The notes beneath the pieces were generated by a model. It saw nothing but the letters and a program-made list of their open reading frames with translations, did not search any database and was not told the DNA's origin. A program made the position numbers and the translations under genes. This document shows, piece after piece, positions 9,138-17,484 of a DNA stretch of 64,000 nucleotides (the stretch's first letter is position 1; the number at the start of each line of letters is the position of its first letter). The stretch spans positions 96,760 to 160,759 of the forward strand of contig CAVQVT010000013.1 in NCBI GenBank assembly GCA_963717255.1, written 5' to 3'. The DNA is from an uncultured Chloroflexia bacterium. Its GTDB lineage: Bacteria; Chloroflexota; Limnocylindria; Limnocylindrales; CSP1-4.

Positions 9138-11693
9138 TCAGGCGGTCGCGAGCGGCGACTCGATCCGGATCCGCGCGTCCAGCACGACCGCGCCCGTCGG
9201 GAGCACGATCACGGGGTTGCAGTCCATCTCCACGATCTCGGGGTGCGCCTCCACCATCGCGCCGACGCGAAGGAGCACGTCCTCGAGCGATGCCACGTCC
9301 ACCGGCGGGGCACCCCGGTACCCGTCGAGGAGCGGGAACACCGCGAGCGACCGGACGAGCTCCGAGGCGTCCCGGTCCGTGAGCGGCGTGATGCGCACGG
9401 CGACGTCCTTCATGAGCTCCGGCTCGGTCCCGCCGCCGGCGCAGGCGATGACGGGACCGAAGAGCCGGTCGTGCACGACGCCGACCAGCATCTCGACGCC
9501 CCCGGCCACCGTCCGCCGGTCGGCCGTCGCGATCCCGTAGCAGTCGAGGAGGGCGGCGACCTCGTCGGGCCGCAGCCACCCGGACCGGCCGTCCTCGGCG
9601 CCGACGGCGCCGACCGGGAGGGACGATCCGGCCGCCGTCCCGCCCGCGGGGGACTGCGCCTCGTCGGCGCGCGCGAGCGCCGCCGCGATGACCGCGGTGG
9701 CTTCGTCCCCGCGCACGTCCGTGAAGGCCGGGACGGTCCCGGGCGGCGCCGCGCGCCACTCCGCGTATGCCGACGCGTGCGCGAGCGCGCGAACCGCTTC
9801 CTCCGGGTAGCTGAAGACGGGGACGCGCACGCGATCGCCCTGGAGGGCCGCGGGGCCGTCATCCGCGGACATGAACACCGCCAGCACCGGGATCGGCCGC
9901 GGCAGGTCGGCCGCGGCGTCGTGGATCGCCGCCGCCACGTCCTCGGCCCGCGTGCCGAGCGGCGGGACGAAGAGGACGACGAGCGCGTCGATGCCGTCCC
10001 AGGCGGCGAGGGTCTCGATCGCACGGCGGAATGACGCGGGGTCCGCGTCGATCGTGTCCACGGGATTCGTCGTCGCCGCGTCGGCGGGCAGGAAGGCCGC
10101 GAGTGCCGCCCGGACGTCCCCGGGGATCGGGGGCACGGACAGGCCGTCCGCCTCACATGCGTCCGCCGCCAGGATCCCGGGACCGCCCCCGTTCGTCAGG
10201 ATGGCGACGCGCCGCCCTGTCGGCAGGGGCTGGTTCGCGAGGAGGGCCGCCGCGTCGAAGAACTCGCCCAGCGTGTCCGTCCGGACGACCCCAGCCTGGT
10301 GGAAGAGCGCATCCACGGTCAGGTCGGAGGCGCCGATCAGGGCGCCGGTGTGCGATGAGGTCGCCCGTGCGCCGGCCGCCGACCGGCCGCTCTTCACGGC
10401 GATGACCGGCTTCGACCGCCCGACCCGCCGCGCGATGCGGGCGAACTTCCGCGGGTTGCCGAGCGACTCGAGGTAGAGCGCGATCACCGAGCAGGCCGGG
10501 TCGTCCTCCCAGTACTGGAGGAAGTCGTTGCCCGACAGGTCCGCCTTGTTCCCGATCGAGATGAAGCTCGCGAGGCCGAGGCCCAGCCGGTTCGCGTGCT
10601 CGATGATCGCGAGGCCCAGCGCGCCGCTCTGCGAGAGGAAGCCGACCCGCCCCGCGATCGGGAGGGTGGGGGAGAAGGTGGCGTTGAGCCGGACGTCGGG
10701 CTCGAGGTTGATGACGCCCATGCAGTTCGGCCCGACGAGGCGCATCCCCGCCTGGCGGCAGACGGCCACGAGCTCGCGCTGGCGCGCTGCGCCCTCGGCA
10801 CCCACCTCGGCGAACCCGCGCGAGACGACGACGATCGTCCGGACACCCTTCTCCGCGCATGCCCGTGCCGCGTGGATCGTCGCGTCGGCCGGAAGGACGA
10901 CGACCGCGAGGTCCACCGGACCCGGCACGTCGACGACCGAACGGTACGCGGCCACCGACTGCACGACGTCCGCGTTCGGGTTCACCGGGTACACGGGCCC
11001 GGTGAAGCCGCTCATGAGCAGGTTGTGGAAGAGCTCGCCGCCCAGGGTGCCCCGGCGGCGGGACGCGCCGATCACCGCGACCGACGCCGGGTGGAGGAGC
11101 GCGTGGACGGCCGCAGCGGCCGCCGTCTGCTCCCTGCGCTCGAACCGCTCGCGTGCCGGGCCCGTCAGCTCGGTGGGGAACTCCACGATCATCGCGCCCG
11201 GCTCGGCGCGGACGCGGAGCGGGAAGCCACTCGCGCGGAAGACATCGAGCATCCGCACGTTCTCGAGGAGGATCTCGGCGACGAACGTCTCGATCCCGTC
11301 TTCCTGCGCGCGGCGCGCGAGCTCCTCCAGGAGGAGCGTGGCGACGCCGCGACCCTGCCAGTCGTCCGCGACGACGAACGCCACCTCGGCCGAGTCCGGG
11401 CCGAGGCGGTCGTAGCTGCCGTTCGCGACGATCCGGCCGTCCGCCCCCACCTCCGCCACGAGCGAGCAGGACTCCTCCTCGTCGGGTGCGGCCCAGTGGT
11501 GGGCGGGGGCGGTGAAGTCGGTGGAGAGACCGGCGAAGCGCATGCGCCGCGACTCGATGGCGAGCCCCTGGAGGAACGTGACGAGCCCCGCCTCGTCGGA
11601 CGGGCGAGCCGGCCGGATGCGGATCGGCGAGCCGTCACGCAGGATCGTGTCCCGCGCGCGGTCCTGCGACGTGGCGCTCTCCGCTGGCTGCAC
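9138..11693 (-). CDS. pat: Pat-type protein lysine acetyltransferase (N-terminal GNAT + NDP-forming acyl-CoA synthetase domain; shortened ATP-grasp)
   Basis: AEVAFVVADDWQGRGVAT (GNAT), VAVIGAS, RLVGPNCMG, SQSGALG, SIGNKAD, SHTGAL, EMDCNP; GTG start after CAGGAGG. Confidence 0.85.
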   Translation of the reverse strand: MQPAESATSQDRARDTILRDGSPIRIRPARPSDEAGLVTFLQGLAIESRRMRFAGLSTDFTAPAHHWAAPDEEESCSLVAEVGADGRIVANGSYDRLGPDSAEVAFVVADDWQGRGVATLLLEELARRAQEDGIETFVAEILLENVRMLDVFRASGFPLRVRAEPGAMIVEFPTELTGPARERFERREQTAAAAAVHALLHPASVAVIGASRRRGTLGGELFHNLLMSGFTGPVYPVNPNADVVQSVAAYRSVVDVPGPVDLAVVVLPADATIHAARACAEKGVRTIVVVSRGFAEVGAEGAARQRELVAVCRQAGMRLVGPNCMGVINLEPDVRLNATFSPTLPIAGRVGFLSQSGALGLAIIEHANRLGLGLASFISIGNKADLSGNDFLQYWEDDPACSVIALYLESLGNPRKFARIARRVGRSKPVIAVKSGRSAAGARATSSHTGALIGASDLTVDALFHQAGVVRTDTLGEFFDAAALLANQPLPTGRRVAILTNGGGPGILAADACEADGLSVPPIPGDVRAALAAFLPADAATTNPVDTIDADPASFRRAIETLAAWDGIDALVVLFVPPLGTRAEDVAAAIHDAAADLPRPIPVLAVFMSADDGPAALQGDRVRVPVFSYPEEAVRALAHASAYAEWRAAPPGTVPAFTDVRGDEATAVIAAALARADEAQSPAGGTAAGSSLPVGAVGAEDGRSGWLRPDEVAALLDCYGIATADRRTVAGGVEMLVGVVHDRLFGPVIACAGGGTEPELMKDVAVRITPLTDRDASELVRSLAVFPLLDGYRGAPPVDVASLEDVLLRVGAMVEAHPEIVEMDCNPVIVLPTGAVVLDARIRIESPLATA

Positions 11694-11758
11694 GCCGACC
11701 TCCTGCCGGCCCCGGGCCGCGAACCGCGGCCCCCGTCCGGCCATACTGTCACACCACC

Positions 11759-12958
11759 GTGCCTCCGTCCGCTTCGCCCCAGCAGCCGCCGCCCTCGGCC
11801 GCCGATCAGCCGCTCGTCGTCCATGGCCCGGCGTCGCTCGACTACGACTTCGGCCACGACCACCCCTTCACGCCGCGCCGCTTCGGCCCTGGGATCGACA
11901 TGCTCCGGTCCCTCGGGGCGACCGAGTTCGTCGCACCGCGCGAGGCATCCGACGGGGAACTCCGGCGCGTCCACGACCCCGCGTACGTCGCCCTGGTCCG
12001 GATGCTCTCCGACTACCCGGAGGCGGCGGCCCACACCGGCGGCTTCGACGGCCCCGACACGCCGCCGTTCTACGGCATGCACGACGCGGCGGCGACGGTG
12101 GCGGGGGGCTCGCTCGACGCGATGGACCGGATCATCGCGGGCGAGGTGGCGCACGCCTTCCACCCGGGCGGCGGGCTCCATCATGCGATGCGTGCCGCCG
12201 CGAGCGGCTTCTGCATCTACAACGACACGGCGCTCGCGATCGCCCGGGCACGCGACGCCGGCCACCGGGTCCTCTACGTGGACCTCGACGTCCACCACGG
12301 GGACGGCGTCGAGTCCATCTTCTGGGACGACCCGCACGTCCTCACGATCTCGATCCACGAGTCCGGCCTGCACCTGTTCCCCGGGACCGGGTTCGTCGAG
12401 GATCGGGGCGGCCATGGGGCCCCCGGCACGGCGGTCAACATCCCCCTCGACCCCGACACGTCGGACGTCTCCTGGCTGGCGGTCGTGGAGGCCGTCGTCC
12501 CGCCGCTGGCCGAGGCCTTCGAGCCGACCGTGCTGGTGACGCAGAACGGATGCGACAGCCACGTCTTCGACCCACTGGCGCACCTCGGCGTCACGACGGC
12601 GGCGATGTCCCGGGCGGCCCGTCTCCTCGACGGGATCGCGCACGCCCACGCGTCCGGACGCTGGCTCGCCACGGGCGGCGGCGGCTACGACGTCTACCGC
12701 GTCGTCCCCCGGGCGTGGGGGCTCGTCTGGCTGGCCCAGGCGCATCGCGATGTCCCCGACGCGACGCCGGAGGCGTGGCGCGAGCGCTGGGCGGAGGACG
12801 CATCCCGCCGCGGGCGCGTGCCGCTCCCGGCGACGATGCTCGACCCGGCTTCGCTCGTGCGGCCCGAGCCGGCCGGCGTCCTCGAGCGCAACATGACCAC
12901 CGCCACGCGTGCGCTCGAGCACTCACGCGAGGTGCTCGCGGAGCGACGCGGCCGGTGA
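11759..12958 (+). CDS. acuC: Zn-dependent deacetylase, AcuC/HDAC family
   Basis: GGGLHHA, SGFCIYND, DLDVHHGDG, SIHE, GCDSH..DPL, GGGGY. Confidence 0.9.
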   Translation: MPPSASPQQPPPSAADQPLVVHGPASLDYDFGHDHPFTPRRFGPGIDMLRSLGATEFVAPREASDGELRRVHDPAYVALVRMLSDYPEAAAHTGGFDGPDTPPFYGMHDAAATVAGGSLDAMDRIIAGEVAHAFHPGGGLHHAMRAAASGFCIYNDTALAIARARDAGHRVLYVDLDVHHGDGVESIFWDDPHVLTISIHESGLHLFPGTGFVEDRGGHGAPGTAVNIPLDPDTSDVSWLAVVEAVVPPLAEAFEPTVLVTQNGCDSHVFDPLAHLGVTTAAMSRAARLLDGIAHAHASGRWLATGGGGYDVYRVVPRAWGLVWLAQAHRDVPDATPEAWRERWAEDASRRGRVPLPATMLDPASLVRPEPAGVLERNMTTATRALEHSREVLAERRGR

Positions 12959-13027
12959 CCCGCGGCGCAGGGGCGCCCCGACGGTGACGGCCCCGCGGCC
13001 ACCCTTCCACATCAAGGGAGACTCCCG

Positions 13028-13555
13028 ATGACCGACCTCGTCGCCCAGGCGCGGGCCCTGCTCGCGACGACGCCCGACCGGTGGCGCGGACTCGCGCAGG
13101 CCGCCGACGCGGACCTCCTCCGCCGGCCCCCGGCGCCCGGGGAATGGTCGGCCCTCGAATGCCTCCAGCACCTCCTCGAAACGGAGGACCACGTGTTCCC
13201 GGTTCGCGTCCGGTGCTTCCTCGCCGGCGAGGACTTCCCGGGCTTCGATCCCGACCAGGAGGGCACCCTCGTCGGCGCGGTGGTGGACGCGGAGGCGATG
13301 GTCGAGCGGTTCGCGCAGGCGCGCGCCGTGAGCCTCGACCTGATCGCGGGCCTCGTCGAGACCGACCTGGAGCGCACCGCGGTGCACGCCGACCTGGGGC
13401 AGGTGACGCTCGACGAGATGCTCCGCGAGTGGGTGGGCCACGACCTCGGGCACGTCGTCCAGGCGGAGCGCGCCCTCATGCAGCCGTTCATCGCGGGCAG
13501 CGGCCCGTGGCGCGCCTTCTTCGAGGACCACGACGTGGAGGCCAAGCAGGGCTGA
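13028..13555 (+). CDS. DinB/YfiT-like protein
   Basis: GEWSALECLQHL and WVGHDLGH motifs; GGGAG RBS. Confidence 0.85.
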   Translation: MTDLVAQARALLATTPDRWRGLAQAADADLLRRPPAPGEWSALECLQHLLETEDHVFPVRVRCFLAGEDFPGFDPDQEGTLVGAVVDAEAMVERFAQARAVSLDLIAGLVETDLERTAVHADLGQVTLDEMLREWVGHDLGHVVQAERALMQPFIAGSGPWRAFFEDHDVEAKQG

Positions 13556-13604
13556 CGACGGGGCGGTCGCGGGGCGGAGCGGTCCTCCCGGCCCCGGCCG
13601 CGTT

Positions 13605-13756
13605 CCAGATACCGCCCGGGGCGCTGCTATCCAACCTGAACGCGCCAGATAGCGCCCGGGGCGCTGGGTGGGCGGTCCTGCGTGGCCGGTCAGGAGGCGG
13701 ACGGCGCCCATGCTCGTGGTCGGTCCTGCATACCAGCGCCCGGGGCGCTATCTGAA
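13605..13756. repeat. Cluster of three REP-like palindromes (CAGATAGCGCCCGGGGCGCTG), two direct and one inverted
   Basis: Copies at 13605-13626, 13645-13667 and, inverted, 13733-13756, between convergent genes. Confidence 0.75.
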
Positions 13757-13895
13757 CGGCCCATCCCGGCCCCGGCCGCCGGCCCTCCCGGCCCCGGCCC
13801 CGGCCTGCGGCCCCCTCGCCCCGGCCCGGCCGATCCTCGCCCCGGCCCCGCGCCCGTCCCGCCCGCGCCCGTCCCGCCCGCGCCCGTTCCGCGTC

Positions 13896-14732
13896 CTACC
13901 CGGGCGTCGGGCCGGCGACGTCGTACGCGATCGAGCGGATCGTGAAATCCCCGTACGTGAACGGCCCCTCCGGGTACGCATAGACGGCGAGGCCGTGGCG
14001 GGCCAGGTGGCGCCGGTCCACGTCGCGGTAGTCGTCGATCGGCGTGCTCCACCGCATCGGGCGGAGGACGCCGGCACCGCCCTCCGGCCGGTCATCGGAC
14101 CAGAAGTCGACAAGCTCGTCGGCGTCGTTGAAGAGGAGCGTCGCCGAGACGCGATGCGGCCCGTTCGTGAAGTGCGCGACGGCCGTCCGGTCGTCCACCA
14201 CCTCCCACGCGACCCGCGGGTCCGCGAGGGCGCCGGGCGCGAAGAAGCACATGTCGTTGAGGACCGTCACGGTCTCCGCGCGGCTGATCCCGTCGCCCTC
14301 GAGGTCCACGACGTTCACGAGCGACGCGACGCGGACCTGGAACGTCGCCGACTCCTCCCGGTAGAGATGGAGGGCCCGTACCGGGAGCCCGTACATCCGT
14401 GCCTTCATCGTGAACAGACGGGCGGGGCGGTCGAAGAAGTTGTACTGGACGGACGACGCGCGCATCGGCTTCGCGCCGGGCTTGCTCCACATGAACGCGT
14501 CGAATGCCACGCGGGCGTTCCGGGGCCGCGGGCGGCCGACTGCGCCCGAGCGGACGACATACCGGCGGACGGGGGCCGGCAGGGCGGCGAGGTCGGCCTC
14601 CGTGAGGGGGACGGCCGGCCCGAGGGGCCGGGCGGCGAACTGCTCGGCCACGGCCCGATCGAACCGGGCCTGGAACGACGTGACGAACGGCATCGTGAGC
14701 CTCCGGCTCCGGGCGGCGGCGGTCGTGGTCAT
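13896..14732 (-). CDS. Conserved hypothetical protein (DUF6544-like)
   Basis: LTEADLAALPAPVRRY, QYNFFDRPARLF, ETVTVLNDMC, WSTP; ATGA overlap with the upstream gene. Confidence 0.8.
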   Translation of the reverse strand: MTTTAAARSRRLTMPFVTSFQARFDRAVAEQFAARPLGPAVPLTEADLAALPAPVRRYVVRSGAVGRPRPRNARVAFDAFMWSKPGAKPMRASSVQYNFFDRPARLFTMKARMYGLPVRALHLYREESATFQVRVASLVNVVDLEGDGISRAETVTVLNDMCFFAPGALADPRVAWEVVDDRTAVAHFTNGPHRVSATLLFNDADELVDFWSDDRPEGGAGVLRPMRWSTPIDDYRDVDRRHLARHGLAVYAYPEGPFTYGDFTIRSIAYDVAGPTPG

Positions 14733-15139
14733 CGGGCGGGCTCCGGCCCGGTGGGCCCGGCGTTGCGGGCGGGTCGGACGAGCGATGCCCACGCCACCAG
14801 GGCGAGGATGAGGGCGTTGACGACGATCCCGGCGACCGACTCCGGCAGGCCCAGCACGCAGAGGACGATCGACACGGCGCCCAGGACCGCGGCCAGCGGG
14901 AGTGCCCACGGCGCCCCGCGCCAGATGCCCAGCCCGGCCACGACGAACCCGACCGCGCACGCGAGCCAGGCGATGCCGACCGCCCGTGCGCCCGCATCCC
15001 CCAGCGCGATCGCCCCGCCCAGGGCCGTGGTCCGGTAGGGGAAGCCCTCGACCTGCGCGAGCCCCCACGGGACGACGAAGCCGATGAGGTGGATGAGCCC
15101 GTGGCCCGCGACGACGATCGCCGCGACGATCCGGATCAT
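14729..15139 (-). CDS. 4-TM membrane protein (HGLIH motif)
   Basis: GGAG RBS; ATGA overlap with the MarR gene; hydrophobic helices. Confidence 0.8.
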   Translation of the reverse strand: MIRIVAAIVVAGHGLIHLIGFVVPWGLAQVEGFPYRTTALGGAIALGDAGARAVGIAWLACAVGFVVAGLGIWRGAPWALPLAAVLGAVSIVLCVLGLPESVAGIVVNALILALVAWASLVRPARNAGPTGPEPAR

Positions 15140-15639
15140 GGGGTGACTCCTTTCATGTCCGGCCGGGTCGACGCGGTGACTCCCGCGAGCCATCGGAGGA
15201 CGAGGTCCCGGAGCGTCAACGTCTCCTCTGTGGTGAGGCCCGCGGTCGCCTCGGCCAGCATCGCCGTCGCCCGCGCGACCGCCTCCGGCCTGTCGAAGAC
15301 GCCGACCTTGTCCGTCAGCCGCAGGCGGGTCGCCCGGCCGTCCGCCGGGTCCGGGACCAGCCGCAGGAACCCGCGCGCCTCGAGCCCGAGCGCGATCTGC
15401 TTCACGTTCTGCCGCGAGCTGCCGTACCGCTCCGCCGCCTCGGTGAGCGAGGGTTCGCGGCCCGGGAACCACTTCGTGAGCACCGCGAGGAGGAGCCACT
15501 GGCGGGTCGTCAGGTCGATGTCCGCGAGCTCCGTGTCCGCTCGGCGCGCCAGGTGCTGCACCACGACGAAGATGCTGCCGAAGATCTCGGCCCTGGCCTG
15601 CACCAGCTCCTCGTCGCGCATAGCCGTCCGGTCCTTCAT
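15136..15639 (-). CDS. MarR-family transcriptional regulator
   Basis: LTTRQWLLL, SRQNVKQIA..LE..GF, D..DGRA..L.LT. Confidence 0.9.
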   Translation of the reverse strand: MKDRTAMRDEELVQARAEIFGSIFVVVQHLARRADTELADIDLTTRQWLLLAVLTKWFPGREPSLTEAAERYGSSRQNVKQIALGLEARGFLRLVPDPADGRATRLRLTDKVGVFDRPEAVARATAMLAEATAGLTTEETLTLRDLVLRWLAGVTASTRPDMKGVTP

Positions 15640-15642
15640 ATC

Positions 15643-15675
15643 CGTAATGTATTACGTATCGGTCCCTCGCGTCAA
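15643..15675 (-). promoter_or_regulatory. Promoter (TTGACG-N18-TACATT) with palindromic MarR operator CGTAAT-GT-ATTACG; probably leaderless mRNA
   Basis: AT-rich palindrome at 15643-15656 overlaps the -10 box, a few bases from the MarR ATG. Confidence 0.65.
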
Positions 15676-15735
15676 GACGGCCGGGCGGCGGGCCGTCCCG
15701 CTCGGCTCGGCCCCGGGCTTGCCCTCGCCCGATCG

Positions 15736-17368
15736 CTACGTCTCGTCGCCGAGCGACGACGCGTCCGCCTCCGCACCTGCCACGCCGCGCATCCGGCGCA
15801 GGCGCTCGATACGCGCACCGAGCGACGGGTGCGTGGCGAAGATGCCCGGCCCCCGGTCGGAGCCGGCCTTCACCGGGTTGCGGAACCACAGGTGCTGCGT
15901 CCCGCGGTTCGCCGCCGTCGAGCTCGTCCGTGTCGTCCGCGAGCGAGGCGAGCGCCCGCTCCAGACCGATCGGGTTGCGCGTCAGCTCCACGGAGGTCGC
16001 GTCGGCGAGGTACTCGCGCTCGCGGCTCACGGCCGCCTGGACCAGGAGGGAGAAGAGGGGAGCCACGATCCGGAGGACGAACGCGACGATGAGGAGGAAG
16101 AGCCCGACGAGGATCCCGCTCACGAAGGCCGCGATGGTCTCCTTCGCGTCGTCGCCCCCGGTCCAGATGAAGGCGCCGTGCCGCCACCCTTCGACGACCA
16201 GCCGGAGGAAGCCGTCGGTCACGAGCGCGACGAGGCCGACGAGGACGGCGACGTAGAGCGCATACCGCGTGTCGTAGTTGCGGATGTGCCCGACCTCGTG
16301 GCCGATGACGCCCTGGAGCTCCTCGCGGTCGAGCCGCGTCAGGAGGCCGCGCGTGACGGCGAGACTCGCGTGCGCCGGGTCCCTCCCCGTCGCGAAGGCG
16401 TTCATGCTGCCGTCGTCGATGACGTAGACGCGCGGCACCGGGACGCTCGCGGCGAGCGAAGCCTCGTCGACGACGTCGAGGAGCACACGGTGCTCGCGCG
16501 CGTCCGCGTGCTTCGCCCCGGCGGTCTCGAGGACGATGTCCGCGCCGAAGCGGTCCGCGCCGAGAGCCGCACCGAGCCCGACTGCCGCCGCGAACGCCGC
16601 TGCGATGAGCGCCGGTGTCGCGCTGAACGTGAGCGAGGCCGTGATGATCTCGGCCACCGCGGCCACGACGCCCACGAGCGTGACCAGCAGCAGGAGGCTG
16701 TTCCTGCGGTTCGCGGCCTGCTGGGCGCGGAAGTCCCTCCGTCCGGCCCGGCGGGCGTCGAGCGCGGCGATCGCGAACGTGACGACGGGGAGGACGACGA
16801 CGAGGGTCACCGCCCACCACGGGAGGTTCTGCGGGAGCGTCCCCTCCTGCACGGTCCGCAGCGCCCACGTGACGAACGTCGCCACGAGGACCAGCGAGAC
16901 GGCCGCGACGAGGATCGCGATGCTGAAGAGCACGGTCGCCGCGAGACGCCCGAGGGGCCCCGGGAGGCGCTCGTCGGTCACGTCGTCCGTCGTCACGGCG
17001 AGCGCGAGGAGCGAGCCCCCGATGATCGCCGCGAGGAGCACGGCGCCGACGAGGTACGCGTCGAGCCGGCCCTGGCCGGCGCGGATCACCGCGACCGCGA
17101 CGAGGAAGAGCAGCCAGAGGAGCGCGGCGCCCGCGAGGGCGCGCCGGATCGACAATGGCCGCGGGTCGATCGCGAGCGCGGCGCCGACGAGCACGAGGAC
17201 CACCGCCGGCACGAGAAGGACGAGCCGGACCTCGGCGGGCGTCTCCTGCGGCGCGGGGTCGACGACGGCGGCCAGGACCCAGCCGACGAGCACGATGCCG
17301 ACGAAGGCAAGAACGGCGGGGACGAGCCGGGTGCCCCACCCGACCGGTCGCCTGCCCAGACCTGACAC
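15736..17368 (-). CDS. htpX: HtpX/M48 zinc metalloprotease with an extra N-terminal membrane region; +1 frameshift near 15918
   Basis: NAFATG, HEVGH, SREREYLADA. The C-terminal ANRGTQHLWFRNP...FATHPSLGARIERL is in a different frame and ends at TAG 15736. Confidence 0.8.
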
Positions 17369-17484
17369 CGGCGCCACCCCCTGCTGAACGCTCGCCCACA
17401 GCCTACGCGACGGGACGAACGGTCTCCGCATCGACGGACGGTCCCCTGCGGGGCGACCCGCGACCGACGCTCTACCATGCCTGC

